A DNA stretch of 64,000 nt from the human T2T-CHM13v2.0 reference genome, Homo sapiens. Of the stretch, positions 1 to 14,844 are shown piece by piece (the first letter of the stretch is position 1; each line of letters begins with the position of its first letter). The stretch lies in NCBI RefSeq assembly GCF_009914755.1, contig NC_060933.1. One strand, written 5' to 3'. The position numbers were made by a program, and so were the translations under genes. The notes under the pieces are model-generated. The model did not search any database and had not been told where the DNA came from. It saw only the letters and a program-made list of their open reading frames with translations.

Positions 1-268
<268 letters not shown>

Positions 269-693
269 TCATTAATTGTTTGTTTCAAAATATTCCTATC
301 ACTGCCTTCCCTTACCTCCTTCATTATAACACACTAATCTCCAAACTTTAAGAAAACAAACAAACAAAAAAATCATGCTTTTTTTGTAGAATATTAGAGA
401 AGCATATCTATAGACAAAAGGAAAACTAAAAACTTTGGAACAAGGCTAGTGATAGTCAAAGTGGTATCTTTGAAAAATTTACCAGGATGCATTAGAATGA
501 AGAGAAAGTGTGGTAGAAATACCAATTAGGAAGCTATTACATAGCATTATTAATCAAAACATTTAAAATGTGCAGTTTTCTAATTTAAAATATTCTTTAT
601 AATGGGAATTCCTAAATAAACACAATGATAATTTTCAAACTGTCACTCCCTTTTACATTTACCACTCAGAAACTGGCAGTCTACCATAAGCAA

Positions 694-850
694 GAGTTGT
701 GTAATTATTTCATTATATATTACAATGTAATAATAATGGAAATAAAGTACACAATAAAATGTAATATGCTTGAATCATCCTGAAACCATCCCCAGCCACC
801 CCCCAACCCCACCCTGGGTTTTGTCTTCCACAAAACCAGTCCCTGATGCA
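694..850 (+). mobile_element. MER1-like hAT DNA transposon fragment
   Basis: Matches the recalled MER1 3' part (ttacaatgtaataataat...gcttgaatcatcctgaaaccatcccc...ttgtcttccacaaaaccagtccctg). Confidence 0.65.
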
Positions 851-1560
851 AATAAAAACAAATATTTTAATCCTTCAAGTCTCAGCTTCTGCAAACAACA
901 ATATAGACACACATAGATCAAAGCAGAGCAACCACCTACATTGATGAATGCACAACACTTCTGTAGCTGCAACTAAAGACTGGAATAGGTCTTTTTTTTT
1001 TTTTTTTAATAAAAAGCTGTTATATTGCACTGTTGGCTGCCAAACTTATGAACAAATAAAGTGTTTCTATCTTTTTCCCAAAGAGTGTGAAAGTACCCTC
1101 ACTGTGAAGATATGTGTACATATAAGTGATTTACCAAAGCACTAACCTTAGATCATAGTTACATCCTTCTTTTTATGCTGGTCTATCTTATACTTTGTAA
1201 GCTGCTTTCTTTCTCCACAGATAAATAAAAGAATGTCCTAAATGTTATCTCTTGGATTCTGGTGCCTCATTTCAGCCTATCAAGATAATTTTGAGTATTT
1301 ATTCTACCAATCAATATACTGGCTAACCCTGCCTATTATAAAACAACAGAGAGCAGCAACCCCTAAGTACATCAGCCACAAGTTAAATAATCATTTCCAT
1401 ATGCATGGCTGTTTCTTTGATTGTTTTTTTAATCTACTAGCAAAACTGCCAAACTTTATCACTTTTATAAAGATAATGTACTCACTGATTAAAGTAGTTA
1501 TGGCATTATTTAGCATCACTTTGCATAGAATTATGCATGTTACTCAAAATAACCAATCTA

Positions 1561-1722
<162 letters not shown>

Positions 1723-1794
1723 TCAACAATTGAAGTAGGTAAGCCTGTATGTTACCTTGTTCATAAATAGAAAATTCCTTTGAATTCAATATAT

Positions 1795-3170
1795 CTCAAA
1801 CAACACAAGGATGTCCACAATCACTACTTCTATTCAACATTATACTGAAGGTCCCAGCTAGTCTAACAGAGCAAGAAAACCAAAAAGGCATAAAGGATGA
1901 AAAGAAAGAAGTAAAACAGCATCTATTCACAGATGATGTAATTATGTGTGTAAAATATCCACAAGAATCTACAATTAGAATTAAGAAATAACAACCTAGG
2001 AAGAGATGTGTACAACCTCTGCCCTGAAAACTACAAAACACTAAGAGAAATCAAAAAGGACTTAAATGGAGAAATATACTGTGTATGGATTTTAAGCCTC
2101 AATATTATAAAAACGTCAATTCTTCACAAATTTATCTAAAGATGCAAGGTGATCTCAGCTAGAACTCCAGCAGTGGGGTGCGTTGTGTGTGTGTGCGTGC
2201 GCACGTGTGCACCCGGAAATTTCCATTTCATATTTTGGGCCATGGTTGATTGTGGGTAACTAAAGCCACAGAAAGTGAAACCTTGGAAAAGGGAGGTCTA
2301 ACGTATGCATATCTGACAAAGGACTCACATTCAGAATACATAATAAAATCCTCTAAGTCAGTAAAAGACAACCCAACTTTTAAAAACAGGCAAAAGATTT
2401 GAACAGGCACTTCACAAATGAGGATATCCAAACGGCCAAAAAGCACATGAAAAGGTTCTCATTATCTCTAATCATTAGGAAAATACAAATTAAAACCATA
2501 ATGAAGTATCATTAGACTCTCACCAGAATGTCTAAAATGAAAAAGACTGACAATACCAAGTGTGAGGATGTGGAACAACCAGAACTGCCATTTTGCTGGT
2601 GAGATTGGAAACTGATATAATCACCGTTTGGCAATATCTACTAAAGCTTAACATAACTACACCTCTCCTATGACCCAGCAATTCCATCTCCAGGCATATA
2701 CACAAGAGAAGTGAGTGTGTATGTCCACTAAAATACATAAAAAAGAATGTGTACAGAGGTTTCATTCGTAACAGCCCCAAAGTGGAAACAACCCAAATAG
2801 CCACCAAAAGGAAAATGGAAAAAATTGTGGCATAATACAAAAGAATCTATACAACATCTAAATGCACAAACTACCAATGCACGCAACAAAATGTGTGAAT
2901 CTCTCAGATACTATGTTGCGCAAAAAAAGCCAGATACTGTATGACTCAATGTACATGAAGTTTGGAAATAGGTAATACCAATCAAATGGTCAGAAGAGTA
3001 TTACTTCTGAGAGTAGAGAGTGGACACCGACTAGGAAGGCGCAATAGGAAAACTTCTAAGGTTCCGGAAGTGTACATGTCTTGATCACGATGGTGTTTAC
3101 ACAAGCATTCACATAGGTAAAATTCAGATGAGTACATTTTACAGTATGTTACACCTCCATTTATTAAGAC
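1795..3170 (+). mobile_element. Old L1M fragments in XPA intron 1, with a Tigger2/MER8-like piece at ~2220-2300
   Basis: L1 ORF2 and 3'UTR motifs (ctattcaacattatactgaag; ggcaaaagatttgaacaggcacttcac; atgacccagcaattcc). Confidence 0.7.
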
Positions 3171-4739
3171 AGATTAATATGTTTTATTCTGCTACAGTCA
3201 CTCCCCTTCTCTGGCCTCAATTTCTCCCTCTATTAAATGAAAGGATTAGATTATAAACTTGTTTCCACTGTTAACAGCAATTCTCACACTATAATGCCTG
3301 TTCATCTCTCTGTATCCCTTCATTAGACTGAGTGCCTTTACTTGTATACTTCTGACAAATAGTAAACATTCCATGAGTACCAACTGGATGGATAGAAATG
3401 AATGAACCTACCAGAATATGTAATATAAATAGCAAAGTAAATGAATGGAATGACAGTAAACACAATGAGAATTAAGAAGAGGGAAAGCTGGAGTAGTCGA
3501 GCCCATGACTTGAGCAGGATCCTAAACAATGCTAACTCATGCCCAAAACAAAGTCCGATTTCTCTCTGCTGCTATGCCTTGCTGTTTCCCCAGGACCTTA
3601 GCACCACTCTTCGTATTCTAAGCAAGTTTTTTCAGTCTTTCATGGCATATGTCATGGCACACAGAGAAAAAGAAAATTGTATAGTACCATGAAATAAAAG
3701 TGTCACAAAGATAAAAATCTCAGCACTTACCTAACTCTTGAAACATGGTGGGTTGTACACAATGCTACAATACAGTTCAGTTCTTGGGGAACTGCCTAAG
3801 AAATCTTAAAGAATGTTCATTCTACCTTGCTTTCCATGATCAAAAGTTTAATTTAATGTCAGTTTTTGCTATTTTGCACCTTCCGTTCCACAGCCATGTC
3901 GTAGACCTGGAAACCTTTATGGAATCATGACTATGAATTAATCAGTGCAAATGAACTTTCTGTCTGACTCTAGCGTGCCTCAAGTTTAGAAAGGAATAAA
4001 AGGTAACCACTATAAAGTAGAAAGGATGAGACCAGTACCATCAAAAGTAGCTGGAATTTGCAGTTTCGGTGTTAGTATGAACATCAAGACATGCTGCCAG
4101 CCTCAGACTCTTCTCACTCTCACTACATCTGGCTGATAAAAAAGAGTAATACAGCTCTAAACTGTGCTCGACAAAGGGCAGTATAGAGCTTTAGGAACAC
4201 ATGTACTTCATGTTATAGAGGCAGCCCTGAAGAACTGCCTGTCAACCAAACTATATTTTAAGTATCCTGTTAAAGATTATTAGTTGACCCCAGTGGCAAA
4301 TTCTATAAGAGAATAATCTGCAATGAGAGATCAGTCCTTAATTTACTTCAATCAATAAACACGTTTTGAGCAACTAGTTTTTGCCAAGAAATCGCAGAGG
4401 TCACATGTCCAAGAAATAGACTCATGGAATCTATGGATTAGAATCTTAAAGGTTTACTATCCAGTCCCTTCTTCTGATTGCTGAGTAGGAGATTCTGATT
4501 GCTGAATCTCCTCTCCTCCACATAAGTAAGCGTTCTTCCAGTTCCTATTTGAGCGCTTCTAGTAACGGGAAGCTCATGAGAAGCAATCCATTGCACTTTT
4601 GGCAACTCTAATTGTTGAAAGCTCTCCCTAACAAACACCAAGATCTGCCTCTTCCATCAACTAGTTCTAGGTATAGAGGCCAGAATCAAGAACTAGTCTA
4701 ACTCCTCTTTCCGGGACAGCTGAGGCCCTGACACCTGGC

Positions 4740-5500
<761 letters not shown>

Positions 5501-6470
5501 TCACCTTTAAAATAGGTCTCGCTTGGTGATTCAGAGTATAGGCTTTGGAGTCAGGCCTGGGTTAAGTCTGAGCTCTTGACAGTTAAAGTCTGTGTGACCT
5601 TGGGCAAGTTATTTAACCAGAGTTCAGTTTCTTCAGTGGTAAAATGAGGATAATTATGGAACCATTTACCGAGTCTTTGGGAGGATTAGATTGCCAGGAC
5701 AATAACCTGGCACGTAGAAGACCTCAAAAAATGGTAACAGTGAGTAGTAGTAGTGCCAGTCATAGAGCCCAACAGATGATAGTCCTGATTTTATGTTGGA
5801 TACACGGCCTAGAGACACAGCCTTAGATTTAAAATGAGAAGACCTGGGTTGAAACTCCCAGTTAACTTGCTGTGTGACCTCAGGCAAATGCAGGACTTGC
5901 TCCAAGGCTGATATGCATAAGGTTGGCTATCTTTCCCATGGAATATTCCTTCAGTGAGGATGAGCTACTGCCAGGTAGACAGTGGGTTTGGATCTGGGCC
6001 AAATATCCTGACTTCCCAAAAGTGTGGCTAGTGTAACAAAAGAAACATAGCAGGCTTTCCCAAAAATGTATGCTTTCCCTTTGTTACAAATAATGCTTAA
6101 TTGAAACCAGAAAACATTAACTTCTAATTACTACATGTACCATTTAGGACTGGCTTTTAGAAAGACAACCTCACACACTGATGTTTCCCACTAATGTTCA
6201 ATGGTTAACCTTTCAGAAACACAATTCAGTGTTCTAATTTATCGGTCATATATACATAAAGCTGCAAAACCTCGTATAAAGCAGTTACCTGCTGAAATCT
6301 TAGGTTGAATTGGAGATAGAATCTCAAGCCATCCCCATCTCCCTTCCCCTCAGATCCTTCTTTCTCCCTACCCATCAATCTTGCCCAGGTGAAACTATTT
6401 CAAATTCCATAACATCAAAAGCACAAGCAACAAAAGAAAAAAAGCTGGACTTCATTAAAATTAAAAACTA

Positions 6471-6807
<337 letters not shown>

Positions 6808-6812
6808 TTAAA

Positions 6813-8742
6813 GTCGTCGGCAAAGCCTGAGTCCTGTCCTCTCACTCTCCTCCCTGGACAGCATAAGCTTCACCACTCGCTCCACCTTCTCCACCAACTA
6901 CCGGTCCCTGGGTTCTGTCCAGGCACCCAGCTACGGTGTCCGGCTGGTCAGCAGCATAGCCAGCGTCTGTACAGGCACGGGGGCTCTGGTTCCCGGATCT
7001 CCATGTCCCGCTCCACCAGCTACCTGAGCAGCATGGGTTCCGGGGGCCTGGCCGCGGGGATGGCCAGGGGTCTGGCAGGAATGAGAGGCATCCAGAACAA
7101 GAAGGAGACCGTGCAAAACCTGAACAACTGCCTGGCCTCCTACCTGGACAGAATGAGGAGCCTGGAGGCCAAGAACTGGAAGCTGGAGAGTAAAATCCAG
7201 GAGCACCTGTAGAAGAAGGGACCCCAGGTCAGAGATGAGCCATTACTTCAAGACCATTGAGGGCCTGAGGACTCAGATCTTCACAAATACTGTGGACAAT
7301 GCCTGCATTGTTCTGCAGATTGACAATGCTGGTCTTGCTGCTGATGACTTTAGAGTCAAGTATGAGACAGAGCTGGCCATGCGCCAGTCTGTGGAGAGCC
7401 ACATCCATGGGCTCCGGAGGTCACTGATGACACCAGTGTCACTCGGCTGCAGCTGGAGACAGAGATCGAAGCTCTCAAGGAGGAGCTGCTCTTCATGAAG
7501 AAGAACCACGAAGAGGAAGTAAAAGTGTTGTACCCGAGCGAGTTAAAAAAACGCCACACTTTGAGATGAATTAAGAGTCCTTTATTAGCCGGCGACCGAG
7601 AGACGGCTAACGCTCAAAATTCTCTCGGCCCCGAGGAAGGGGCTTGATTAACTTTTATACCTTGGTTTAGAAAGGGGGGGTCGTCTAGTTAAAACAATTT
7701 TACAGAAGTTAAGTAGTCAAAAAGTTAAAAGGATAAATGGTTACAGGAAAGTAAACAGTTCCAGATGCAGGGGCTTTAAGACTATTACAAGGTTATAGAT
7801 GCAGGGCTTTGGGCGTTATCAAACAGATGAATTCTTGGGGACTGTGGATATAGCTTGCCACAGTATCTTATCAGTTAATTGCATTCTTGGATGTGCTGGG
7901 AGTCAGCTTGCACAAGTTAAGTCCTTGAGGAAGGGGCTGCCAGTGAAAGAGCCAAGATGGAGTTTGTCTGGTTCTCTTAGCTAAGGGAGAGTCTGTTCAG
8001 GTGGAAACAAGCCTAGGTGAAAAAGGAAAAATGAGGTTGGGCATTACAAAAGGCCTACAAGCCTAGATTGCCAGCTCTGGGTTGACCATGGAGGTAGATG
8101 CCCCCAGTCTCGGGACCTTGCCAAGATCATGGCAGACATCCGGCCCCAATATGATGAGCTGGCTCGGAAGAACTGAGAGGAGCTGGACAAATACTGGTCT
8201 CAGCAGATTGAGGAGAGCACCTCAGTGGTCACCACGCAGTCCACCGAGGTTGGAGCTGCTGGGATGATGCTCACGGAGCTGAGATGTATAGTCCAGTCCT
8301 TGAAGATCAACCTGGACTCCATGAGAAATCTGAAGGCCAGCTTGGAGAACAGCCTGAGGGAGGTCGAGGCCCGCTATGCCTTGCAGAGGGAGCAGCTCAA
8401 CGGGATCCTGCTGCACCTGGAGTCAGAGCTGGCACAGACCCGGGCAGAGGGACAGTGCCAGGCTCAAGAGTACAAGGCCCTGCTGAACATCAAGGTCAAG
8501 CTGGAGGCTGAGAGCACTGCCTACTGCTGCCTGCTGGAGGATGGCAAGGACTTCAATCTTGGTGATGCCCTGGACAGCAGCAACTCCATGCAAACCATCC
8601 AAAAGACCACCACCCGCCGGATAGTGGATGGCAAAGTGGTGTCTGACCAACGACACCAAAGTTCTGAGACATTAAGCCAGCAGAAGCAGGGTACACTTTG
8701 GGGAGCAGGAGGCCAATAAAAAGTTCAGAGGTCAAAAAAAAA
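6813..8742 (+). pseudogene. KRT18P13: Processed keratin-18 pseudogene, interrupted by an LTR
   Basis: Intronless KRT18 mRNA copy with 5'UTR. ATG mutated to ATA (6863-6865), premature TAG (7210-7212), frameshifts. Rod/tail peptides [49 protein letters not shown] at 8715-8720, then an A tract. The paralog number is from recall of the locus. Confidence 0.92.
7526..8048 (-). mobile_element. Solo LTR, LTR6A/LTR6B-like (HERV-S71 group, ERV1)
   Basis: TG...CA termini; 4-bp TSD AAAG (7522-7525 and 8049-8052) splitting KRT18 GAAGTAAAAG|GCCTAC. Minus strand starts TGTAATGCCCAACC and ends GGTACAACA as in the recalled LTR6 consensus. TATAAAA at 7659-7653, AATAAA at 7586-7581. Confidence 0.88.
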
Positions 8743-9043
8743 TTGAAAACTTTTCTACGTCAAAGAACACTATGAAGAAAATTGGGGTAAAAACCCCACA
8801 GAATGGGAGAAAATATTTGCAAATCAGATATCCAATAAGGGTCTAGTATCCAGAATTTATAACAAACACTTTCAGCTCAACAACAGAAAGACAACCCAAT
8901 TTAAAAATGAGCAAGGGACTTAAATTGACATTTTTCCGAAGAGGATGTACTGATGGCCAACAAACACATGAAAATATATTCATCATTAGTCATTAGGGAA
9001 ATGCAAATTAAGGCACAGTGAGATACCACTTCACACCTCCAGG

Positions 9044-9927
9044 CAAGCCTTCCTCCTGTAATTTCAACCCTGCCAACAAACCCCCTCTCTCAGTCCCCCT
9101 CCCACCACCATCCCCTCCTCCTTCTCCTTCGGCTCCGCTCCCCCACCCCCTTATCCTGGTCCTCCATCCCAACCTTCCTTCTCCACTGCACACCCGGTCT
9201 TGCACCCAACCCCCTTCTGCCAAAGGTCACTCCCACTACCAAAGGTCTTACAAAGTCCTTCCCTTGAGAAAGGTGTTAGGGCCGAAGGCATAGTCCAAGT
9301 TCATGTTCCCTTCTCCCTAGCCAACCTCTCCCAGCTTAAAAAGAGACTTAGCTCCTTTTCCACCGACCCCAGCTCCTCCCACAAGGAATTTCTGTATGTC
9401 ACTGAATCTTATGACCTTACCTGGCATGACGTTTATGTCATCCTCTACTCCTCCCTCATCCCGGATGACAGGGAATGTATCCAGACAACCACCCAGGCCC
9501 ATGCAGACACCCTCCACCAACAAGATGCTGCCCATAACCTTATAGGGACCCTAGCTGTCCCCAGAACTGACCCCAATTGGGATTATGAAGCAGTTTCCTC
9601 AGACAGACAGAAACGAAGCTATATGATATCATGCCTCCTAGCTGGCATGGATAAAGCTGCCCTTAAGGCTGTAAACTCTGAAAAGATAAAAGAAATCACT
9701 CAAGGCCCCAATGAAAACCCTGCTCTTTTCTTCTCCCGCATTTCAGAGGCCATAACTAATTATACCACCTTAAGCCCTGATACCAATGGGGGCAGAATCT
9801 ACCTACCCATTTACACTTCATTTCCCAGTCAGCCCCCAACGTCTGAAAGAAACTTAAAAAACTAGAAGATGGCCCTCAAACCTCCCAAAGAGACTTAATC
9901 AAAGTGGCCTTTATGGTCTTTAATGAT
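9044..9927 (+). mobile_element. ERV1 (HERV-H/F-like) gag fragment: proline-rich region plus capsid, no LTRs
   Basis: LPLRKV-(frameshift)-AEGIVQVHVPFSL...YDLTWHDVYVIL...AVPRTDPNWDY, major homology region ITQGPNENPALFFSRISEA, then (frameshift) HFISQSAPNV*KKLKKLEDGPQTSQRDLIKVAFMVFND. Confidence 0.88.
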
Positions 9928-10930
9928 GATGGCTAGAATTTAAAAAAAGAACAAAAGAAAGAAAAGAAAAGAAGTATTGGCAAAGATGTAAAAAAAATTG
10001 GAACCCTCATACATTATTGGTGGGAATGTAAACTAGTGCAGCTGCCACGAAAAACAGTTTGTCCCTCAAAACACGAAACATAGGATTACCATATGAGTCA
10101 GTAATTCCACTCATGAGTATGTTCCCACAAGACTAAAAACAGGTGTGTGAAGAAAAACTTGCACACAAACGTTCACGTAGCACTATTCACAATAACCAAA
10201 AGCTGGAAACTACCCAACTGCCCATCAACTGATGAATGGATAAACAAAATATAGTATATCCATACAAAGAAATATTATTCAGCCATAAAAAAGAATGAAG
10301 TACTGACACATGCCACAACATGGATAAACCTCGAAAATACGATGCTAAGTGAAAGAAGCCAGACATGAAATGCCACAGAGTGTATGATTCCATTTACATG
10401 AAACATTCAGAATAAGCAAACCTACAGTGACAGAAAGCAGATTAGTAGTTGTCATGGGCTGAAAGGAAGAGGAACCGGGGAATGAGTGCTTAATAGATAA
10501 GGGGTTTCCTTCTGAGACAATAAAAATGTTATGGAACTAGATGGTGGTGATGGTTGCACGACATTGTGAATGTACCACATGTCACTAATGGTCCATTTTA
10601 TTTTATATATATTGTACCACAATTTAAAAAAAACTCAGTATCTCTCTGGGCTCAGGTAGGTAATAGAAGTTAATGAACCTAGCCCGTTGTGAAACTGAGG
10701 CGAACTGGAGTGTGGAGATCTCCCTTAAAGAGGACACCTACTATACAACTCCAGCTGATAGTTTTAAAGAAAGAATTTGGGACCCTTGTTGCCAGATTTT
10801 TCAATCTTTCAAGAAAAGCAAAAATCAAATTTGAATGCATGTAGAGGTCTCTTGGTAACTTGTTAAAATGCATATTTTAACTCAGTAGGTCTATGGTAGG
10901 ACCCAAGAATATGCATTTCTTTTTTTTTTT

Positions 10931-11195
10931 AGACTTTATCTTTGGAGTAATATTAAGTTCACAGTAAAACTGAGAGTAAGGTACAAAGATTTTCCACATA
11001 CTCCCTGCTCCCACACATACATATCTTCCCCCATTATTAACGTCCTCAACCAGGGCGGTGCATCTGTTACAACTGATGAAGCTACATTGACACATCATCA
11101 TCACCCAAAGTCCATAGTTTACATTAGGGCTGTTCTTGGAGTTGTACATTCTGAGTTTGAACAAATGTATAATGGCATGTGTCTACCATTACAGT
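10931..11195 (-). mobile_element. L1MC/MD-type 3' end, flanked by MER5-type fragments (~10860-10920, ~11288-11470)
   Basis: gatgaagctacattgacacatcatcatcacccaaagtccatagtttacattaggg motif. Confidence 0.65.
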
Positions 11196-13716
11196 AAAGA
11201 ATGTGAGTGTCTAATAAGAAATGCCATTATCTCTGGTGGTGCTACGGCACCACAGATCACACTTGGAATGGTAAGGGTCTAGATTACAGGTTCCCAAACT
11301 TGGCTGTACCGGGAAGCACCCAGAGTGTTTAATAAATACCAATGCTTAGGCCCCACCCCCAGGGATTCTGATGTCATGGGGTCAGAGTGAGATCTGAGCA
11401 TCAGGATTTTGTAAAGCCCCACACCCCCCCCCCACATCATTCTAATGGGCAGCCAAATTTGAGAGCCCGCATACTAGATGGCCCTTATGGACTCCATAGC
11501 CCTAATGATCTCTCATGTGGTGAAATATTTCTAGAGGACAAGGTCACAGTTTTCCCCCAAGGTAACCTTTTGAAAATAATTAATCCGGAGAACCTCCTCC
11601 CCAACAAAGCATTCCAAGCCTCAATGCTGGAGAATGTGACCTACAGCTCGGATGTTGTATAGGCTCTAGATTCTGTAACTCTTGGCAGCTTTTGTAACTG
11701 TGTTCTTCTTTGGCCGGTAACTCCTTCTTTGGTGTACTGACTTTCGTTAGCAAGTTTCGTATAGTTGGGTAAAAATGACTCCTTTGGAGAAAAGAAGAAT
11801 GCATATAGCCCACAGGGTGACAGAGGCTTGAGGGCTTGCCCAGAGCAAAGCAGCATGAGTCATTTTGGTCAGGGCACAAAAGGGAAACAGGCAAGGAAAA
11901 TAGAGCAGTAGATGTGTTCTTGAGTCTCCTGATTCAGTCTCGGGGAAACCTGTGACTGCATTTATCTCCCTGCTTTCTACCTCCCTCACCTCCCAAACCA
12001 GCTGTGGTCCTGGCTCAAAGAGGAATACTTAACAAAACATAGAAAGAATTGAAAGCCGTCACCGAAGCCTCAAAAAGAGCAGGAAGGTAAGAATGGAGGC
12101 CAGAAAGGAGAGTGAGAAACTTGGCAGTGTTTCCTGACAGGGCCTGCTCTCTAAGTGCGTTACCGGGGTGACTCATGCCTGAGATGACAGGGTATGAACA
12201 CATTTGTCTTTATTATCTAGTAAATAGTACCTGTGTGTGGCTTTCTTTTTTGTTTTTATTTCTCCCCTGGTTCCCTGGGGCTTTACTTCTTAATGTGGTC
12301 ACTTTGAACATCATTGGCATCAATTCACAACAGGGAAACATCTGTGAGAAGAAACACACCAAGCGGGGAATCTTTCTGGAACAAGGATGCAGCAACACAG
12401 AAATTAGCCTGATCCTGTTGCCTTAAGCTGCATTCATGTAGTAATCCAGGAAATGCAGTCTCTTTTTTCTGTGATTGGCCAGACAAATCCTCCTTCTGAA
12501 GAAACTTAGATTTCAGCCTCCCCGAACCAAAAGAAAAAAAAGAATTGGGCAAAAACATCATAGTGGAGCATCTATCAACAAAATATGTGCACGGAGAGGT
12601 TTCAAAATCATCTTGAAGACTCACAAGAATTGTCTTTCCAAAAGCAGTAAGGAGTAGAAGTGTACAACTGATTCAACTAAGGACAGGGCCATCAGCTCTG
12701 GATGCCAAAATCTTCACCACTCACAGACCAGCAAGGGCAGGTCTTCCCACTCGGCATCCCTAGATCCTGAATATGGCCCAGAGGTCTTTAGCTTCCCGTT
12801 GCAGCTTTTTGGAAGCCGGACTCTCTCCTCTGGCTGTCCCTGATCCTCCTCTGTGCTGGTGCTGTGGCACTTAGCCCACCAGAAGTGATACCCACCTGCC
12901 GTCCTCACTAGCTTTTCAGGTCCTTAAGAGCTAAGGCTGTCTGATTCATCCCAGTATCTCCAGGGCTTAGCATGGTATCCAGCACAGAGTAGCTGCTCAG
13001 CAAATGCTTGTGGAGTTAAATAAATTGAATGAATAATACTGAGTAAGACTACTTGCATATCTCTTTAGCACTGACAACTCATAGTCCAAAGCTGCACCCT
13101 ACAACCGCCTTGTCTCTGCTTGTGTGACTTTGGTGATGGGGAACACTCCACTTGAGAACAAACAACCCATTCTATTGTTGTCTAGCATTGGCCATTATTT
13201 ATTGTAATAATAACAATAACAATAGCAAACACTTATATGGTACTTACTATAATACTAGGCAGTTTTTAAGCATATTCACCAGTCTCAGTTTAGAGATGAG
13301 ACGACTAAAGCACAGAGATGCTAAGCAACTTGTTCAAGATCATACAGCTAATAAGTGACAGAGCTGGGTTCAGGCAGGCACAGCCCAGCCCCAGCATTAA
13401 TAGTCTCAACCACCAAATTATAAGTCTCTAAACTGGAACAAGTCTCCCTCTTACCCTCTTACTTCCTCCACCAGAGATTGTCCTGCATGGGTTAGCACAG
13501 AGCTGGAATCAGACCAGGTTCTTGCCAGTACCCTACGTGGCTAACCAGGTGGCTTGAAACAGAGAGGGCATCTCTGCCTCAAGCTTAGTCTTGGAGTTAT
13601 TGTTGCCCATCATGGGTAGAGCCAAGGGAGGATGAATATGGTCCAGGGTTCACCCATTATGTAGATGAACTCTGGTCATAATGGGGTTATGGTCTTGTGG
13701 TTTCCTCCTCTCTTAC

Positions 13717-13886
13717 CCCAAATGGGAGTTTTCCTTTCAATTATCTTTATAACAAGTGTGGTTGCAGCTTCAAACCACAAACCACTAATATTTTTATTGG
13801 CAAGTGCATCCTCTAATACGTATAGTTCTGTTGAATGGGTGAAATATTTATCACCAGATGCATTTGTTTTTGTAGTGTTTATAATG
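13717..13886 (-). pseudogene. Fossil exon, 56 open codons
   Basis: cctttccaag|C ATT ... TGG G|gtaaga; IINTTKTNASGDKYFTHSTELYVLEDALANKNISGLWFEAATTLVIKIIERKTPIW, with three N-X-S/T sequons. Confidence 0.6.
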
Positions 13887-14844
13887 CTTGGAAAGGGGCT
13901 GAGTGTCTCTGGCCTTAATCCCTTCTTTGGCTCTACTGCCACTGTCCTGGTTTAGCTCCCCCCAAATTTTACCTGTATAGCCTCTGAACTGGTCTCCCAG
14001 ACTCCAGGCTGACCCCTCTAATCCATCTTCCACATTGGCTTACAGCTCCATCTTTCTAAAGTACAGCTTTTGCCATGCCATTCCTTTGCTCAAAAATCAT
14101 TTATTGACTCCCAGTTGCAGCTAATTGTAAGTTCCCATCACCTGGTTCCTGTAGCCCTTCAGGAACTTTCCTTCCATAAACCTTTATCATGAACCTTATA
14201 CATTAGCCACACTGGACAAGTTTGCATTTTCTAGGCCTGTCCTGTGCCCTTCTGTTTCCATGCTTTGCTCATGCTGTTTTCTTTCCCTGTAAATCTTTTG
14301 TTTATACATTCACTCATTCTTTCATTCGTATATTCATGCATTCCACAAAGTTTACTATGCACCTTCTTCAAGCCAGGTCCTATGCTGGGAACCAGTAATG
14401 AATTAGTCATGGTCCTCCTCTCAAGGAGCTTAAAGTCTAATCTAGACTCCTTCTGGTCATGTCCATGACCACCTGTCACAATCTTATCGGAAAGGATACA
14501 ATTTCCCTCTCCTCAAAGCCTTTTTCCAATGTTTCAGCTGGAAGTAATCTTTTCCCCCCTCTGAGGCTTATCCCTGGCCCCTCATCCCCATCTTCTAAGG
14601 ACCCCCATTTTCCAACCTTGCATCTTGTATTATAATGATGCTGATGCTTATTTCCCCTGGATGATACAAGATGTGCCTGGCTTCTTGAGGCAGAATTCCT
14701 TTGCATCCAGGGACCAGCAGAGGAGCTGGCCCACAGTGGACTCATATCCAGCCAATGCTGCTGATTGACACTTCATCCACCACTGGTGAGAACACAATTA
14801 GAGAGATTACACAGAGCACTCATAAAAGGTAGTGTCTCCCAGCT

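Noticed and set aside
8225-8719. 164-aa keratin ORF as a functional gene
   Set aside because: Part of an intronless retrocopy with lost ATG, stop, frameshifts and an LTR insertion.
13717-13886. Integrin-alpha or cadherin assignment from ...VIKIIERKTPIW
   Set aside because: No GFFKR, FG-GAP or DxNDN motifs found; the resemblance is too weak to name a family.
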